Origin: Dimorphilus gyrociliatus
Lineage: Eukaryota > Animalia > Annelida
Direction of reading: 5' to 3'
Assembly: GCA_904063045.1 (NCBI GenBank)
Contig: CAJFCJ010000017.1
Coordinates: 806,001 to 870,000, forward strand
Length of the DNA: 64,000 bases
Shown here in pieces: positions 1-12,909 of this stretch; positions within the stretch are counted from its first letter, which is position 1, and each line of letters starts with the position of its first letter. The notes under the pieces were generated by a model. The model was not told the origin of the DNA. It saw only the letters and a program-made list of their open reading frames with translations, and made no database searches. A program made the translations under genes and the position numbers.

Positions 1-2515
1 GTCAAACTTATAACTCTTTTCAGCCAAATCAGTTGCTCTTCTGCAAAATCTATAAGTTTTAATATATATAAATACGCCTGGTGGTATATATCGTATTCTA
101 TCACTTTTATCATCATCACAACTCCGCTGAGGAATCCTACATCGAATTCGATTTTCTACAAACACAACCAGAAAACTTCGACAGTCCGAGAATTTTGTAC
201 ACTCCTTTGCACATTCGTCAACAGACTGCACTGTCTTTCTTATTTGACTTAAATCTTCTAATAGACTGAAATGTTTACAAGTTCGGTCTGATAGTTTCAA
301 TTTACCAGGTTTGTAGATTTCGAAAGTATAATAATTGTATTCGCCGAATTGGCTTCTTTCCAAATGCTGATATAAGTTTCTAGGAATAATACGAGAATCT
401 TTGAACGAGCACCAAATTTGAATTCCCAAATTCTTAAAACAATTCGATCTTCTTTTTATTCCTTTATGTTGAAAGAAATGAGCAGCTGAAGCATAATCTT
501 TAGAAAAAATATCTAAATCTAAGTTTAACGTAAATTTACGAAACTTTCTCGGTATAACAACATTTAAAAAATGTTTGTAAGATAAACCAAAAGAATAACA
601 TATACTTTCAACAACTGATTTAGTTTTCAAATCAATATTTTCGGCTCCGGTAGGTAGAGTTAAACAAATAGGACTCCACATACCTTTCCACTTAACATTA
701 AGCATACCGCAAAATATATCTTCATTACCTCCCTCAAACTGTATCATACTACAATTAAATGAGCTGTATTGTTTTAAACTTAGAAGATGATCTATTGAGT
801 TAAGCTGTGTTATTCCTTCACTTGACGAAGATATTAAAGACTTTTTAACCTCATTAGTGTTTTTACTAGAAGGAATTTCGTTGTAAGGGGGATAGCATGA
901 ATTTTCAGAGCAACTCTTTCCCAAATCGGAGAATTGAAGCTAGAATATATTTTAGTTAATATATTTGTAAATATATATACTACAACAACACTTAAATACT
1001 TTACATAACTCTGTTTCTCTTTTATTTCTCTTGAAAATAGTTTAAATAGAGCGCTTTGTTCCCATCCAAAGCGAGGCCTATAACAAATTGCTGTAAGCCT
1101 AGTTTTACATGTTGTAATATTTGAAAAATTTGCAAATTTTGTTTTCTGATATCTATTTCTATGTCTCGTATCATTCTTATAAAGAAGGTGTGTTGAAAAA
1201 CAGTTTCCATTGTCTAAAGATTGAATGGGAAATGTGAGAGAGTCGATTTTATTACCTCGTCTTCCTTTCATCTTATCATAAGTATTCTCCCAATAATAGC
1301 CACTGCCAACTCTTGTTGCTCCCACCCAAATATATTCTCCTTCTGAGAAAAATGTTGAAATGTAGTTGAGTAGGTTTTTATTAAGCATAATAAGACTCAT
1401 GTTTAAATGATTGCATTCTTTTATACCATTTTGATAAGTTACACTTGGTAAGACAACTAGGCAACTTTCTGATATAGCATCATGATAATATCTTATATAT
1501 CTCGAAGAATAATCCCCACAAAATCTAGCAGTTTTTTTATATACATACTGTCCAGGTGCCAAATAGCTGTAAATAGGTAGAGGCTTCCTGAAGCCATCAG
1601 AGTCTAAATCTAAAATATCTGGACAGTGATGATTAGTTCTATAACACACTCCCCTACCCATCGGCAATATAGAACCAACGAAAAGAAAAGCTTTGCACAT
1701 ATCATCCGAAGCACAACTGGAGCTGCACTGTTTAATCGTCATTGAACTATCATAGGAATCTCGAGGATTTCTCCCAATAACATAATCATATATTAGTTGT
1801 GTAGGCCCGCAATATCTCCAGGAAAAATACTCTCCAGGTCGATAGAATTGCATACTGTAATCGAAAATATTAATATGCATATCTGGATATTCTTTATGAT
1901 CATCGCATGATACAAAAAGTGCTGATTTTCTATTGCAAGTTTTAGATCTTGGTATTCTCATCAATTCAAGGTAGTGCCGACTAGACATTCTAAAGTTGTA
2001 ACGAAAATGGTTGATTCCGATGGCACTTCGTAGGAAAGGTTTCTTTGTCCAAGAGCTCTTAGATGAATGAAGCGAGCGACATATTGCACCAGCAGTATCA
2101 TCATCATTTAATTTGCTGCCTGATGCACATATTCCCGCCAGGCTTCCCAACCATCGAAGATGAGCGTATCCACAAATAGCTTTTGATGTCAAATTTTTAG
2201 AGCAATCCTCACCAAACCTACGCAAAACTATAAATCCATCAGCTGATTCGTACTGTTCTAGCTCATTTTCTCCGCACGACTTATTTCGCCCTGCTAAGGA
2301 TCTAACTGAACTCTTGGAAGATATACACATTTTGTAAATTTGCGTTTCATAATTGGCGCTTGGTAGATCGTTAAAGGAAGGTTTGCATAGATTGTTAGAA
2401 TTTGTTATATCTGAGCCTTCTGGGTCGCAAAAATAGTAACGAATTCTGAAGTCATCTCCAAAATACTGATTAAACTCTAAAATAAAAATTTATTAGCTGA
2501 TTTGTAAACTCTTAC
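1..2515 (-). CDS. Multi-domain extracellular-type protein with repeated divergent SRCR - PAN/apple - C-type lectin modules; 3' end lies outside the window, 5' end unresolved (about 2.5-2.8 kb)
   Basis: Track ORF 834..2330 has an SRCR-like motif (GICASG...AGAICRSL), a PAN motif (CSSSCASDDMCKAF...CY) and a CTL motif (SCLVVL...ECNHLNMSL...YIWVGATR...NGNCF...AICY). A phase-0 intron at 1004..940 (GTAAAG...TTCTAG) joins it to a second frame that is stop-free from 939 to 1 (313 codons, translated by hand) and repeats the SRCR and PAN motifs. The frame also extends upstream of 2330 to about 2475. Confidence 0.75.
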
Positions 2516-3149
2516 TGGGTTTTTGGCTCGATTCCTTCTATTATTTTCTTCTTCAAGGAATTCAATATAATTTATAGATCTACTTATTCCTAGAAGGTCC
2601 AAGATTAAGAGTAAGATAAAGTTAATTAATTTTAAATTCATTTTATTAAAATATAAAGTGCAAAATTTAAATTTTAAATAAATATATTTAAAATCCAGAC
2701 TACGTCCCAGTGAAAAGTGTAAAAGTTCAATTAAGTAAAATTAATTATCATTACTTATATGTCATTTGGAAATGTTTTGTCGTTGCATTATTTTAAAGTA
2801 CTTAATTAAGGGTTTTTCATATCACCCTATCTCCTGAGCTTGAACCAGTCTAATTTTTCGGAACATTCCACATTCCCTTATTATCGCGAAGCACACAATC
2901 TTTGCCGACAATCACGTGACCTAACTTTTGGCTCCTATTTATTTCTTTGTTTAAATTTGATAGCGAAGCACTTGCTCCCACCTTAAAACACAAGCGGATG
3001 AAAAGTACGTTTTGCATGCATCCTTTTCTTGACAACAAAATTCCTTTACTTTCAAATTATTGATAAAGACACCTGATTTACAGCTTGAACAAGTTAGAAC
3101 GGGTTCACCCTAATAACGCTGCGTTATCGCCCATTTAAACTCAGTTGAG

Positions 3150-6100
3150 ATGAACAATTTCGAAAGACCCGAGGAAAATGAGAAGGAAGGGGTATCATAC
3201 ATGTCTTCTACTTTGCAAACAGTTCGTTGAATCTTCCTTTAGGTCTATGACATACTTTTCTTGTGTTATTTTAGGATACAAGCTTAGCAAGTTTATACTC
3301 TATTGACGCGCTGAATCTTAGCATCAGCAGCGGAACAATTAAAGCGGAGAATCGCTCTCTAAAATCTCATGTCAGGGATTTACAAGAGGAAATTGCTAAT
3401 TTACATCAAAAAGTTACGACATGGCGTAAGAAATGTAACGATCTGGAAAGAGAAAGAGTAGATACATTTTCTAAGAATAATGAAGAGGTAAATTTATTTT
3501 TAAGCATAATATTCATAATTTGTTGTAAAGTTATAAACTTTATAAAAATCAAATAAAAACTCTTTTCTAGTTGGGGGATGCTTTAAATGACGTTGCAAAG
3601 ATTCGGGCACAGCTTGAAAAAAGCGAAGCAACCAGACAGAGCTCTGAATATGAAATGACCAAGCTGATGAGAGATTTAAACAATGAAAAGAGAGCTAACG
3701 TTGATAAGGAAAAAGTTCTAACAGAACTTAATGAGAATATGCAAAGTAATACAATATCTTTCTTATATCTTAGAGTATGAATTTAATTGGTATTTATTAT
3801 GTAAAACAGAGAGAATGACAGATATGTCAACAGAGATAGAGAAACTATATGGGGATCTTAACAATAGTAAAGGAGAAGCGAGAAAAGAGGCAGAACGACA
3901 CATGAAAGCTCTAAAAGATCAAGTTTGTAGTTTTAAATTAATAGCTTGTTTATATTAATATTTATTAGTGAATTCCTCTGCTTAGGAAGCTAGATTGTCC
4001 GATTTGGTATCAACAAACTCAAAGCTTGAAAGGGAGAGAGATAAGTTAAAAGTCGAGTTCGAAGACAGAGATTCGTAAGTCAATTTATGCATTTAATCAT
4101 TAACAATTTATTTTTTATTTCTTCTTCAAGGCAAGTCAAAATTTTAAGTGAACGATTGAAAGGAATTCAAATAGAAAAGAAACAGCAAGCTGACGTTATT
4201 CGCGATAATTTTGAAGAATTGAATCACATTCGCGAAAAAGAACAAAATATGATTGTTCAATATGATGTAAACAGTTTTCTTTATTTCGCGTATACAAATT
4301 TAGTCATGATTCGAAAATTTCGATTAGATATCTCAGGAGAGAGTTAAACACCTGGAAGATCAGTTGGAATCTGAAAGAGCTGCCCACTTGGAAAGTAAAT
4401 TTAATGCAGAAGTTCTTCAAGTAAGTCATGAAATCCTGAAATAATCATCTTTAGGAAGTGTGATTTCAAATTTAGTTGAAGATTAAAGATCTAACCGGAA
4501 GTATGGAAGTTGAAAGAACATCGAAAATAGAATCCATAGAAACCACTGATAAACTGAATAAGCAATTACTGTAAGTATTTAAACATTCTTATAAAAAAAT
4601 TCAACTATTTAATGAATTAAAACGTATATATAGAAATATTCAAAGCCAATTCGAGGAGGAAAAACAAACGTCTCACGATATTCGCCACAAATATAATCAG
4701 TAACAGTTTTTTTTATAAATATATTATCCATTTTCTATTGATGAAAATATTTATACATAAAACGTTTATAGACTTCAAGCAGATTTTAAAACGCTGAAGA
4801 AACAACTAAAGGAGGAGCATGGAGAGAAAAAATCAGTTATGACCAAACTTTGTGGTCAATTAGAATTACATCAAACTCATATAGACCAATTAAAAAAAGA
4901 ATTAAATGAGGTTAATCAAAAAATATCTGGCCAAAAACTTATCTAACTGTCAATGTTTCAACAGGCCAAACAAACTCAAACTGATCTGAAGCGAAATTAT
5001 GAATCGAATATAGCAGAAATTGAAGGCTTACTGAATGGTTATCAGCTTCAAGATTCTCAAAGGAGAAAGGTTTTAAAAAGTATGTCATTTGCAATGCTGT
5101 CTTTCGTCTATTTATAGAAGAACTGTTTTTAATAACAGATAGCGTCACTTATTCTGGATCTAACTGCGTCAATGGCGTCCGTAAAGTGCTACAGGAGTAT
5201 AAAAAGAAAGTAAAAGAGCTAAGTGAAGAGGTATGTCTACATGATCTTCTGTAAAACATTATTAGTATAAGGATTAATATTACAACAGAGTTCAGCTGCT
5301 AAAGAGAATATTAGTAAAGAAAAGAGGGAAAAAGAACATTTTAAACAGCTTTACCATGCAAAAGAGAGATCCCTAGAGAATACAAAGCAGGCTCAAGTAG
5401 CTGCTAGTAAAGAGCTTAAAAAATGTAAAACGGATTACACAGACAAGGAAACCTTTTTGGCTAAATTAAGAACGGATTTAAAATCTGCCAAAAATGGACT
5501 GTCTAAAGAAAGAGAGCAGAGAGAAAGCTTACTAAGTGAATTCAAAAAACTTCAGGAAAAATTGAAAAATGACGAAGAATCAAGAACGAATTATATACAC
5601 TGCGTTTATCATCAATTAAAAAATGGTAAATTTGTCGGAAAACAACCAAATGGAAGTTTAACGTGGTCTCAAGTCGTCGTTCTTTTGAATGAACAAGTTG
5701 CCGTTGTAATTCAAACTCTTTCTGAGGCAGATGAAAAACTACGAGAATTACAAGAAATTGTCGAGAGACAGTCTCGAGCAATAAAAGAAATAGACGAAAA
5801 CAGAATTAAGGAAATAGAATCTCTTAAGAATGTTAATGACGAACGATCAAAACTCTGGGAAGAACAGAAAAATGCCCTAGAAACCCATTATAAACAAGTC
5901 CTTAAACAAGTCGAAACTCAGCAAAAGCAAACCAAAGCATTAGCCGATCAAGCTCTAAATAGAGTTAAATCAAGCGGTAATGTGCGCGCCTCACTTCAAG
6001 AGGAAAATGAACAATTACGAAGCTCTGTTCAAGCTTTTGCTCAGCAGCAAAACTCTTTACAATTAGCTGTAACAATGCTTTCAGGAGCATTGATGCCACT

Positions 6101-7936
6101 CCATAATCGAACTGTAAATTTAATTAATCAGCGTCGTTTGATCCTGAAAGAAAATAAGGCACTGACAAATTTTAAAACCGACGTACAAGCTTTGATATCA
6201 GCACTAAATTTCGAACAAGATCATCCAAAACTAAAATCTAAATGCACAACTTCTCCTTTATTAAAATTTAGATCGATTGTTATTTGTGTAATAGCATCAA
6301 ACCGATTGAATACTCTTCTAGCACAACGCTCTACCTTTATCGTGGTTGACGACGCAGTTTCCGGTTTAAAAAGAGTTTGCGTTCAACAAACTAACAATAA
6401 TGAACAATCCAATTTCAAAAATCAAGCTCTGATATCAGATGTTGCATCTAGTATGGTAGATTTACAAATCGTACTTTCTCAAAAACAACGTGAGTTTCCT
6501 ATTTCTACTATTTTTATGATGTAAAAATAAGTAAAAAAATTCTCTTTCTTTAAATTAGTAGAAGATAGAAAATTGATTGAAAACTCGTCCAGAAACAGTT
6601 TCATGAAAATGTTAACTTCGCTTTCAAATTATTATAATCATGTAGATAATGACTTTAGTAAAGATTCCCTTATTAGTCAACTGGGAAAAGGGTTAGCAAA
6701 TGCTCAAAGACGTACAACTTATAGAGATTCAACAATTCAAGCAGTCCAAGTTGGCCTTCAACAGCAATTGCTTAATTTTACAAAGAAACTACATGCTTCA
6801 GAGTTGCACAGGAGAGATTTACATTCTGAACTTTTACAACTGAAAGCCGACAGTGAGGACAATGAACGAAAAGATGCTGATCTATCGCAATTAAAATCTG
6901 AAGTAAATGATTTAATTCAACAAGCTGGAAATATGGTGTCAAAACAACAATTAGAATCAGTCTGTGATGAATTAGCTTCTGCTCTGAAGAGAGAAGAGAA
7001 GGCTCAGAAATTATTGAAAGAGCAAACAAGCCAATTGGAAGAATTGAGGAGACAAGCCATTAAAGACGCGAGTATCGCTCAAGAGAACAATTTCTTAAAG
7101 ACCAAACTTAAGAAGCAAACAGACAGAGGCGATAACTTGGAGCGTCAGACAAGGAAATTTGATAAGGATCATATTCGTCTTCAACAAAAAATTGACGATG
7201 CCGAGAAATCTTTAAGAACTGCTTCAAAGTAAATTTTTCTTATATGAAATCGATAAATGAAATTTACATGTTTTATTATTTCAATTCAGAGATAAACAAA
7301 TTTTAAAGGCGTATATGAAAAATGTTGAAATTGCATTAGATAAGGTTTGAAATAGTCGTACTACCCACTGAAATTTGTCATAAAAATATTTGTAAAATTT
7401 AGATTATGCAACAAGGAATGTATGATACTACAACTGTGGATTTAACACCTCTTCTATCTGCTGATCTTGTGCCATCCGTCCCAAAACCTGGTGCAGACTT
7501 AGCTCAATGCCAGCTACTTGTAGCGACATTTGTTGACGCTTACCAAAGAATTAATCAGCGTATATATCAATCTCATGAAGAATTATTAAATTGTCAGGAG
7601 GAAGTGACAAGACTTAAGAAAAATATATCTCAAATGAAAAGGCCTAGCTTGGATCAAATTAGAAAACCAGAATATCACTTCCAACCCTTGATTATGTAAG
7701 ATAATTCTTAAATGAAAGTTATCTTTGCATGAATGCTAATGTAATTTTTATACAGTGATGAGGGATCTCCCATTATAGCTGGGTCTCTTGGTCCTGACGG
7801 AGAGTAAGTTTATTCTCGTCTTATTTGATCAACAATATACTATTAATGTTGTCATTTTCCTCTCAGTGGATATCAAACACCAAAAGTTAGGGGTGAGCAA
7901 GTCCTGAAGAGTCAAGCTGAGAGCGATGCAGCGTAA
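3150..7936 (+). CDS. CCDC171: Coiled-coil domain-containing protein 171 (many exons)
   Basis: ATG at 3150 and a chain of coiled-coil exons with GT-AG introns. Motifs LESERAAHLESKFNAEVLQ and LLKFRSIVICVIASNRL resemble CCDC171 as I recall it. Last exon ends ...AESDAA-TAA at 7936. Confidence 0.8.
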
Positions 7937-8505
7937 CTTTTACTAAATTTTACACATGTTAATTTTAAGTCTGTGATATGAGAGCACTTTTTTTTTTAAT
8001 TAGTGAATTAGTTGATTTAAGATGAAAAATATAGTTGAATGTTTCAATCTAACTCTGTTTGATATTTATAACATTCTAGTTAAGATTTAAAGTTATACTC
8101 GATTTTTTTTATCTGAAATAGCTTTTACTTAAACCCACATTGAGAATTTTTTTTTGAAGTCTTGACTTGTATTAATCATTACATTAGAATGAATGATAAT
8201 GAAATCACCGTACTATCAATCAGTAAAATTTATGGAGCAGCATTACCAAAAAACTAAATAAATGAATGATTTTTATCTACTAGAGTAGAGCTCCTTTTAA
8301 TTAGATAAAATCCAGAATCAGCTCTTCAGATAAAACAACTCTAATAGGGTTAATATTCCTTTGGAAAAGGGTTGTCAAGAGATACATATTGAATAAAAAC
8401 AGATCCCAAATATCAGCTTTATTGCATGAAACTTTTTCTAAAATAAAATTTCTAAAATAAAAATTCAACAGCTAAAAATTTGCTTAGAGATTTAGAAATT
8501 CACTT

Positions 8506-9742
8506 TCAATCGTCTGCAGTTATTGATAAGGCCTTAATGTCACAAAGGTTTTTTTCAATGCCCTCAATGCAATCTTCATCCGAAGGAATAATTACACATA
8601 TGCTATTAGCAGCTTGTTCGTATCTTTTATGAGCTTCAGTTGCATAATTTAAGCGATTTTGAATAAACGAATGAAGACTTGGCCTAACATAATCCACTCT
8701 GGTCTCATAAAATTGCGGTAGCGATAATTTTAGTATTTTCTGTTGCGTTTCATATTCTTTTCTGCACTTATCCATCATTCGTTTGCTCTATTTAAGAAAT
8801 TCTTTTTTATTGTTTTTGTAATAGAAACAATAGAATACTTTACATTTTCAAGTTTAACAACATTACTTCCAGTCCTTTCTCTACCTTGGTATTTTTCAAC
8901 TTTACTAAAGCATTTGCTATATTCCTATGAATAGCAGCAAGCATAATTATATTTAAATGAGTTTATATTTTTGCATATTAAAGAAAGAATACTTACAAAA
9001 AGTGATTGATTTCTTTTACTGATTGCCTGAAGAGTACTTGGAAAATATTGTGTAAATCTGTGGAATATAAGAAATATATACGTATATCTATAGCATTAAG
9101 CATTTAAAACTATTTATTATATTTACTTTTTCATTGGTTCCGTAAATGTTTTCTGAATATTTGTAACTTGCTCTCCAGTTAGACTGGTTAGAATAGTTAC
9201 TTGAGCATACCATGCATCGAATAGTACCTTTAATTCATCATTATCTCTACCTGAACTTGACATTTCATTTGCCAATTTACTTTCTATTTTTGATTGATCT
9301 TGTGAAGTAAACATAGAATTTACTAATCTTTCTCTCTCTCTCTGTCTGTCTCTTTCACTCTATTTTACGTTATCAGTTTTACTTACCACTTAAAGCCTCT
9401 TGAACATTTTTCATATCTTTGTATAGTTTTCTCGAGTTTTCCTGAAGCCTATAGGAAATGTGTTGTATGAAGAATGTTTTACTAATTAACTGAGATTCTA
9501 TCTAAATATCTTACATTTCTATTCTTCGAACTTCTTTCTCAAATTCCTTTTCCTCCTAAAAAATACAAAAAGCAAATGTTTCGATTTTGTGTTGCAACGT
9601 ATAGAAAATTTAATACCATTTTGGAGATCGCATTTGTTCTAGGCATAATAACATGTTTTTGAAAAGGATTCCTGAAAATTATGACATTGTTAGATGTATA
9701 TTTTTAAATTTTATATGATTGTAATAATTCATACCAGCTCAT
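8506..9742 (-). CDS. BIN3: Bridging integrator 3 (N-BAR protein)
   Basis: Exons assemble to MSW|NPFQKH...EEKEFEKEVRRIE|MLQENSRKLYKDMK...; C-terminus DIKALSITADD matches the BIN3 C-terminus (LRALSIVADD). First coding exon is ATGAGCTG|gtatga. Confidence 0.9.
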
Positions 9743-9916
9743 CTTTAAGATGCTGTAAATAATCCAATTAAAAATAAAAAAGGAGGAGAATTGTGTAAAG
9801 TCGCTAGGCTGCCTAATCCTCTTAAGTTGCTAAACGTTAACAATTTCATATGGCTACAACCTGACTAGCGATTCTAGTATGGCCAGTACTCTTCAGCTAT
9901 CTATTACAGGAAAAAA

Positions 9917-12631
9917 ATGATGTTGACAATGTCCATGGCTCGACTTCCGGGTTTGACTTTTGCATGCAAGTTTTTTATCAAAGTCGTTAGATTCATGCTC
10001 AAGCATCCAGAAGTAATAGCTTTTATATCGGCCGTAGTATTCACATACGTTAATCAATATTCCTATGGGTAAGTTATTTTTTAATTTTCTACCAAGAAAA
10101 ATATATATTATAAAAAGTAAACAGCCTCATTGTATTTGAGTAGTTCTTTTTATTCGTAGTGTTCGAAGTTTAAAATTTATCTTTTTCATACAATTATAGA
10201 TCCGGAAATAATCAGCAATCTATTACGAGGGAACAACTTCCACCAACGCCCTTTTTTCCCCCTACTTCTTATGTCATTGATGCTCATAATGGAGACATGC
10301 AGAATGCAATTAAATTATTAAAAACCGGTTATTATATTCTCGTTTATTATTATGCCCCATGGTGTGCTAGGTAGGATATTACTTAAAAGCTGTTTTTCGT
10401 ACGATAATAATTGTTATTATAGATCAGTATCAGCTCGCAGTGAGTTTGAAAAAACATCAAGATACCTTCTTACAGAGCAAAATTCAACTTTACGCTTTGT
10501 TGCCATAAATTGCTGGTGGCCAGATGGTGCCTGCCGACAACAAAATCGTTTTCTATCTTTTCCTACTCTGTATTTATTTAAGCAAGGATGGAATGGTATT
10601 AAATATAATGGTTTATTAACTTCAGAGGAGATTATTTCATGGGTTTCTATCATGATGAAACCTTATACGTATCTCCCAACAATAGAGAGAGTAGAATCTT
10701 TTACAAAGTTAAACGAGGTAGATACTATATAATTAAATGCAAAAGAACAACGCTTACTTAACATATTGAATTATGCTTTTCTAGTTCTCTGTTATTGCTT
10801 TTATCGACCCTTTGGCAAACAATAGAACAAACTTGACTCAATTTCATTTCGCTTCGATTCGTTTTCACGAAGCAGATACTATTACTGATGTTAAATTTGG
10901 AGTGGTTACAAATATTTTTACCGCTAAAGTACTTCATCTTCATCAATCCGGTCAAATTGTTTTCTTAAGAACATTTAACTCTTCAATCTATTATACTGGT
11001 AAAGATTTTACAAGTAGTGCACTCAAAGAATGGGTAACACTATGCAAATCACAAGTAACGTTTCTCTCTATTTATTATCGTTTGAATATTAGTTTAAAAT
11101 TGTTCTTTTTCTCTCTTAGAGTCAGACGTTTGTCGGGAAGTGGCAACCGTCTTACACTAAAAGTTTAGGTCTTTCAAGTTTGTTAAAGAGTAAGAATTTG
11201 TTACTTATATTTTCACCTGAACATTCATTACTGCCTCCTAATGGCAATTTATCTTATATTGTTCGTTCCGCTGCATTACAATACTATTCCTGCTACAACG
11301 AAACTCCTGTAAGAATTGATACGATCCTTAAAGAAATGGAAGATGACTATAGGACCAAAGTGAAAACTTATTCTGAACTGGCTGATTTCTGCTCAAATAA
11401 TAGAAAAACGTTTCTTAGGACAAAGTGCTGTGCTTGCACATTAGTCGGAAGTGATATTTGTATTACTGGTCAATCTCCGTGCAGTTTTATTGACAATGCT
11501 GTTAATTCGATTATTCCTGCAACCTATGCTCATTCTATATCCAATAGAATAAAGCATGTGGAGCACACTAGATGTCAGTTACAAAATTTTAGGAAAGCTA
11601 ATCGTTGGACTTCAAGCAAAACAAATCTACCCAGCGCTATAAATTTAGAGGGGAATAAATTCCAATTTAATAATTGGGGTTGTTCTAATAAATCCTTAAA
11701 CATTCGAATACTCAATTCGAAAAAGTCATGGGTTTTGGCCAATAGATTGGGTTTAAAAGATGATGATTTTAATATAGGAAAAGCTGTAATAATAGATAAA
11801 AGTAGAGAATTAGTAAGCATAATGAAAGAAGAAATAACATTTGAAAATTTATCGAAATTCATATTCGACTATCACGAAAATAATCTCAAGGAAAACAAGG
11901 CCGAACCAGAATCAGATATTCCTCAGTGTAATCCTTCAGCACCAGCCTGTGTTGTCTCTTTAAATTCCAAAAATTTTAAGTCTTTCATTTCGCAAGACAA
12001 AGATGTTATTGTATATTTTACAAGCCCAAATTGTGCTTCTTGTTTGACTTATAATCATATCTACATCGAATTAGCCAGGTACTTTAATCATACAAAATTT
12101 TTATCATTTGGAAAGATAGATGTGAGAAATGTTCCCATAAGACTTAAACCTGTCAGAGTACCATCTTTAATATTGTTTCCAGCTTATGATAAAGATGACT
12201 CAACTGTTATAGAAGCCAAGAAATCAAAAGAAGAGCTAGTTGCATGGGTGGTGGAGAATATCCAAGCTCGCCTTGTCTTATCCGACGGATTCAACTGTAA
12301 TAAAGAATGTATTGAATACAATCTAAATAGGACAGACTATTGGATAAAATTCTTATACAATCAGATAGAAAAAATTGAGACTAGAGAAGTTCGTCTCAAT
12401 CAAAAGAAAAATCTTAAAGATATTGAAAGTTTTTACGTTAAATACTTAGAGCTTTCTAGAACTTATAAAAAAGAGCAATTAATTAACATATACAGAATCA
12501 ATACTTTACTATCTAACTCTGATATTCATAAAGATACTCTTAGTAATATTTTAGGAGAAAGCAAATTGAAAGAAATCTTTAATAGTTTGAAAAATCTGAA
12601 TATAAATGGTGAAACTCGAGGTGCTGGGTAG
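9917..12631 (+). CDS. TXNDC11: Thioredoxin domain-containing protein 11 (ER PDI-like)
   Basis: N-terminal hydrophobic segment; Trx1 LVYYYAPWCA|RS with INCWWPDGACR...FPTLY; Trx2 IVYFTSPNCASC...VPSLILFPA; C-terminal coiled coil. Three introns at the 5' end, then one long terminal exon. Confidence 0.85.
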
Positions 12632-12909
12632 TAGCTTTTTTCGTTAATTGAATATAATTCATTGTTCTTTAATTCTTAATGAATTTTTTTCTAATTGTGA
12701 ATACTTTGTTAATTTATTCATCATTTGAAGAATGTTATATTTTTTTCAATATACTACTTCGAAAATTCTATTATAACATTCAAGTTTCCCGCGGTTATGT
12801 CAGGAACCTACTTCTACGCTCTTTTCAGTTTGGTGTTTTATTTATAAAACTTATATAGAATAGAGCACCTCACTTCTATCCCATAATTCTATCGCCTGCA
12901 TCATCCAAA

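Noticed and set aside
834-1004. C-terminal hydrophobic tail of track ORF 834..2330 as a TM anchor
   Set aside because: It spans a GT-AG intron (1004..940) and then overlaps, out of frame, a longer homologous coding frame; better explained as intron read-through.
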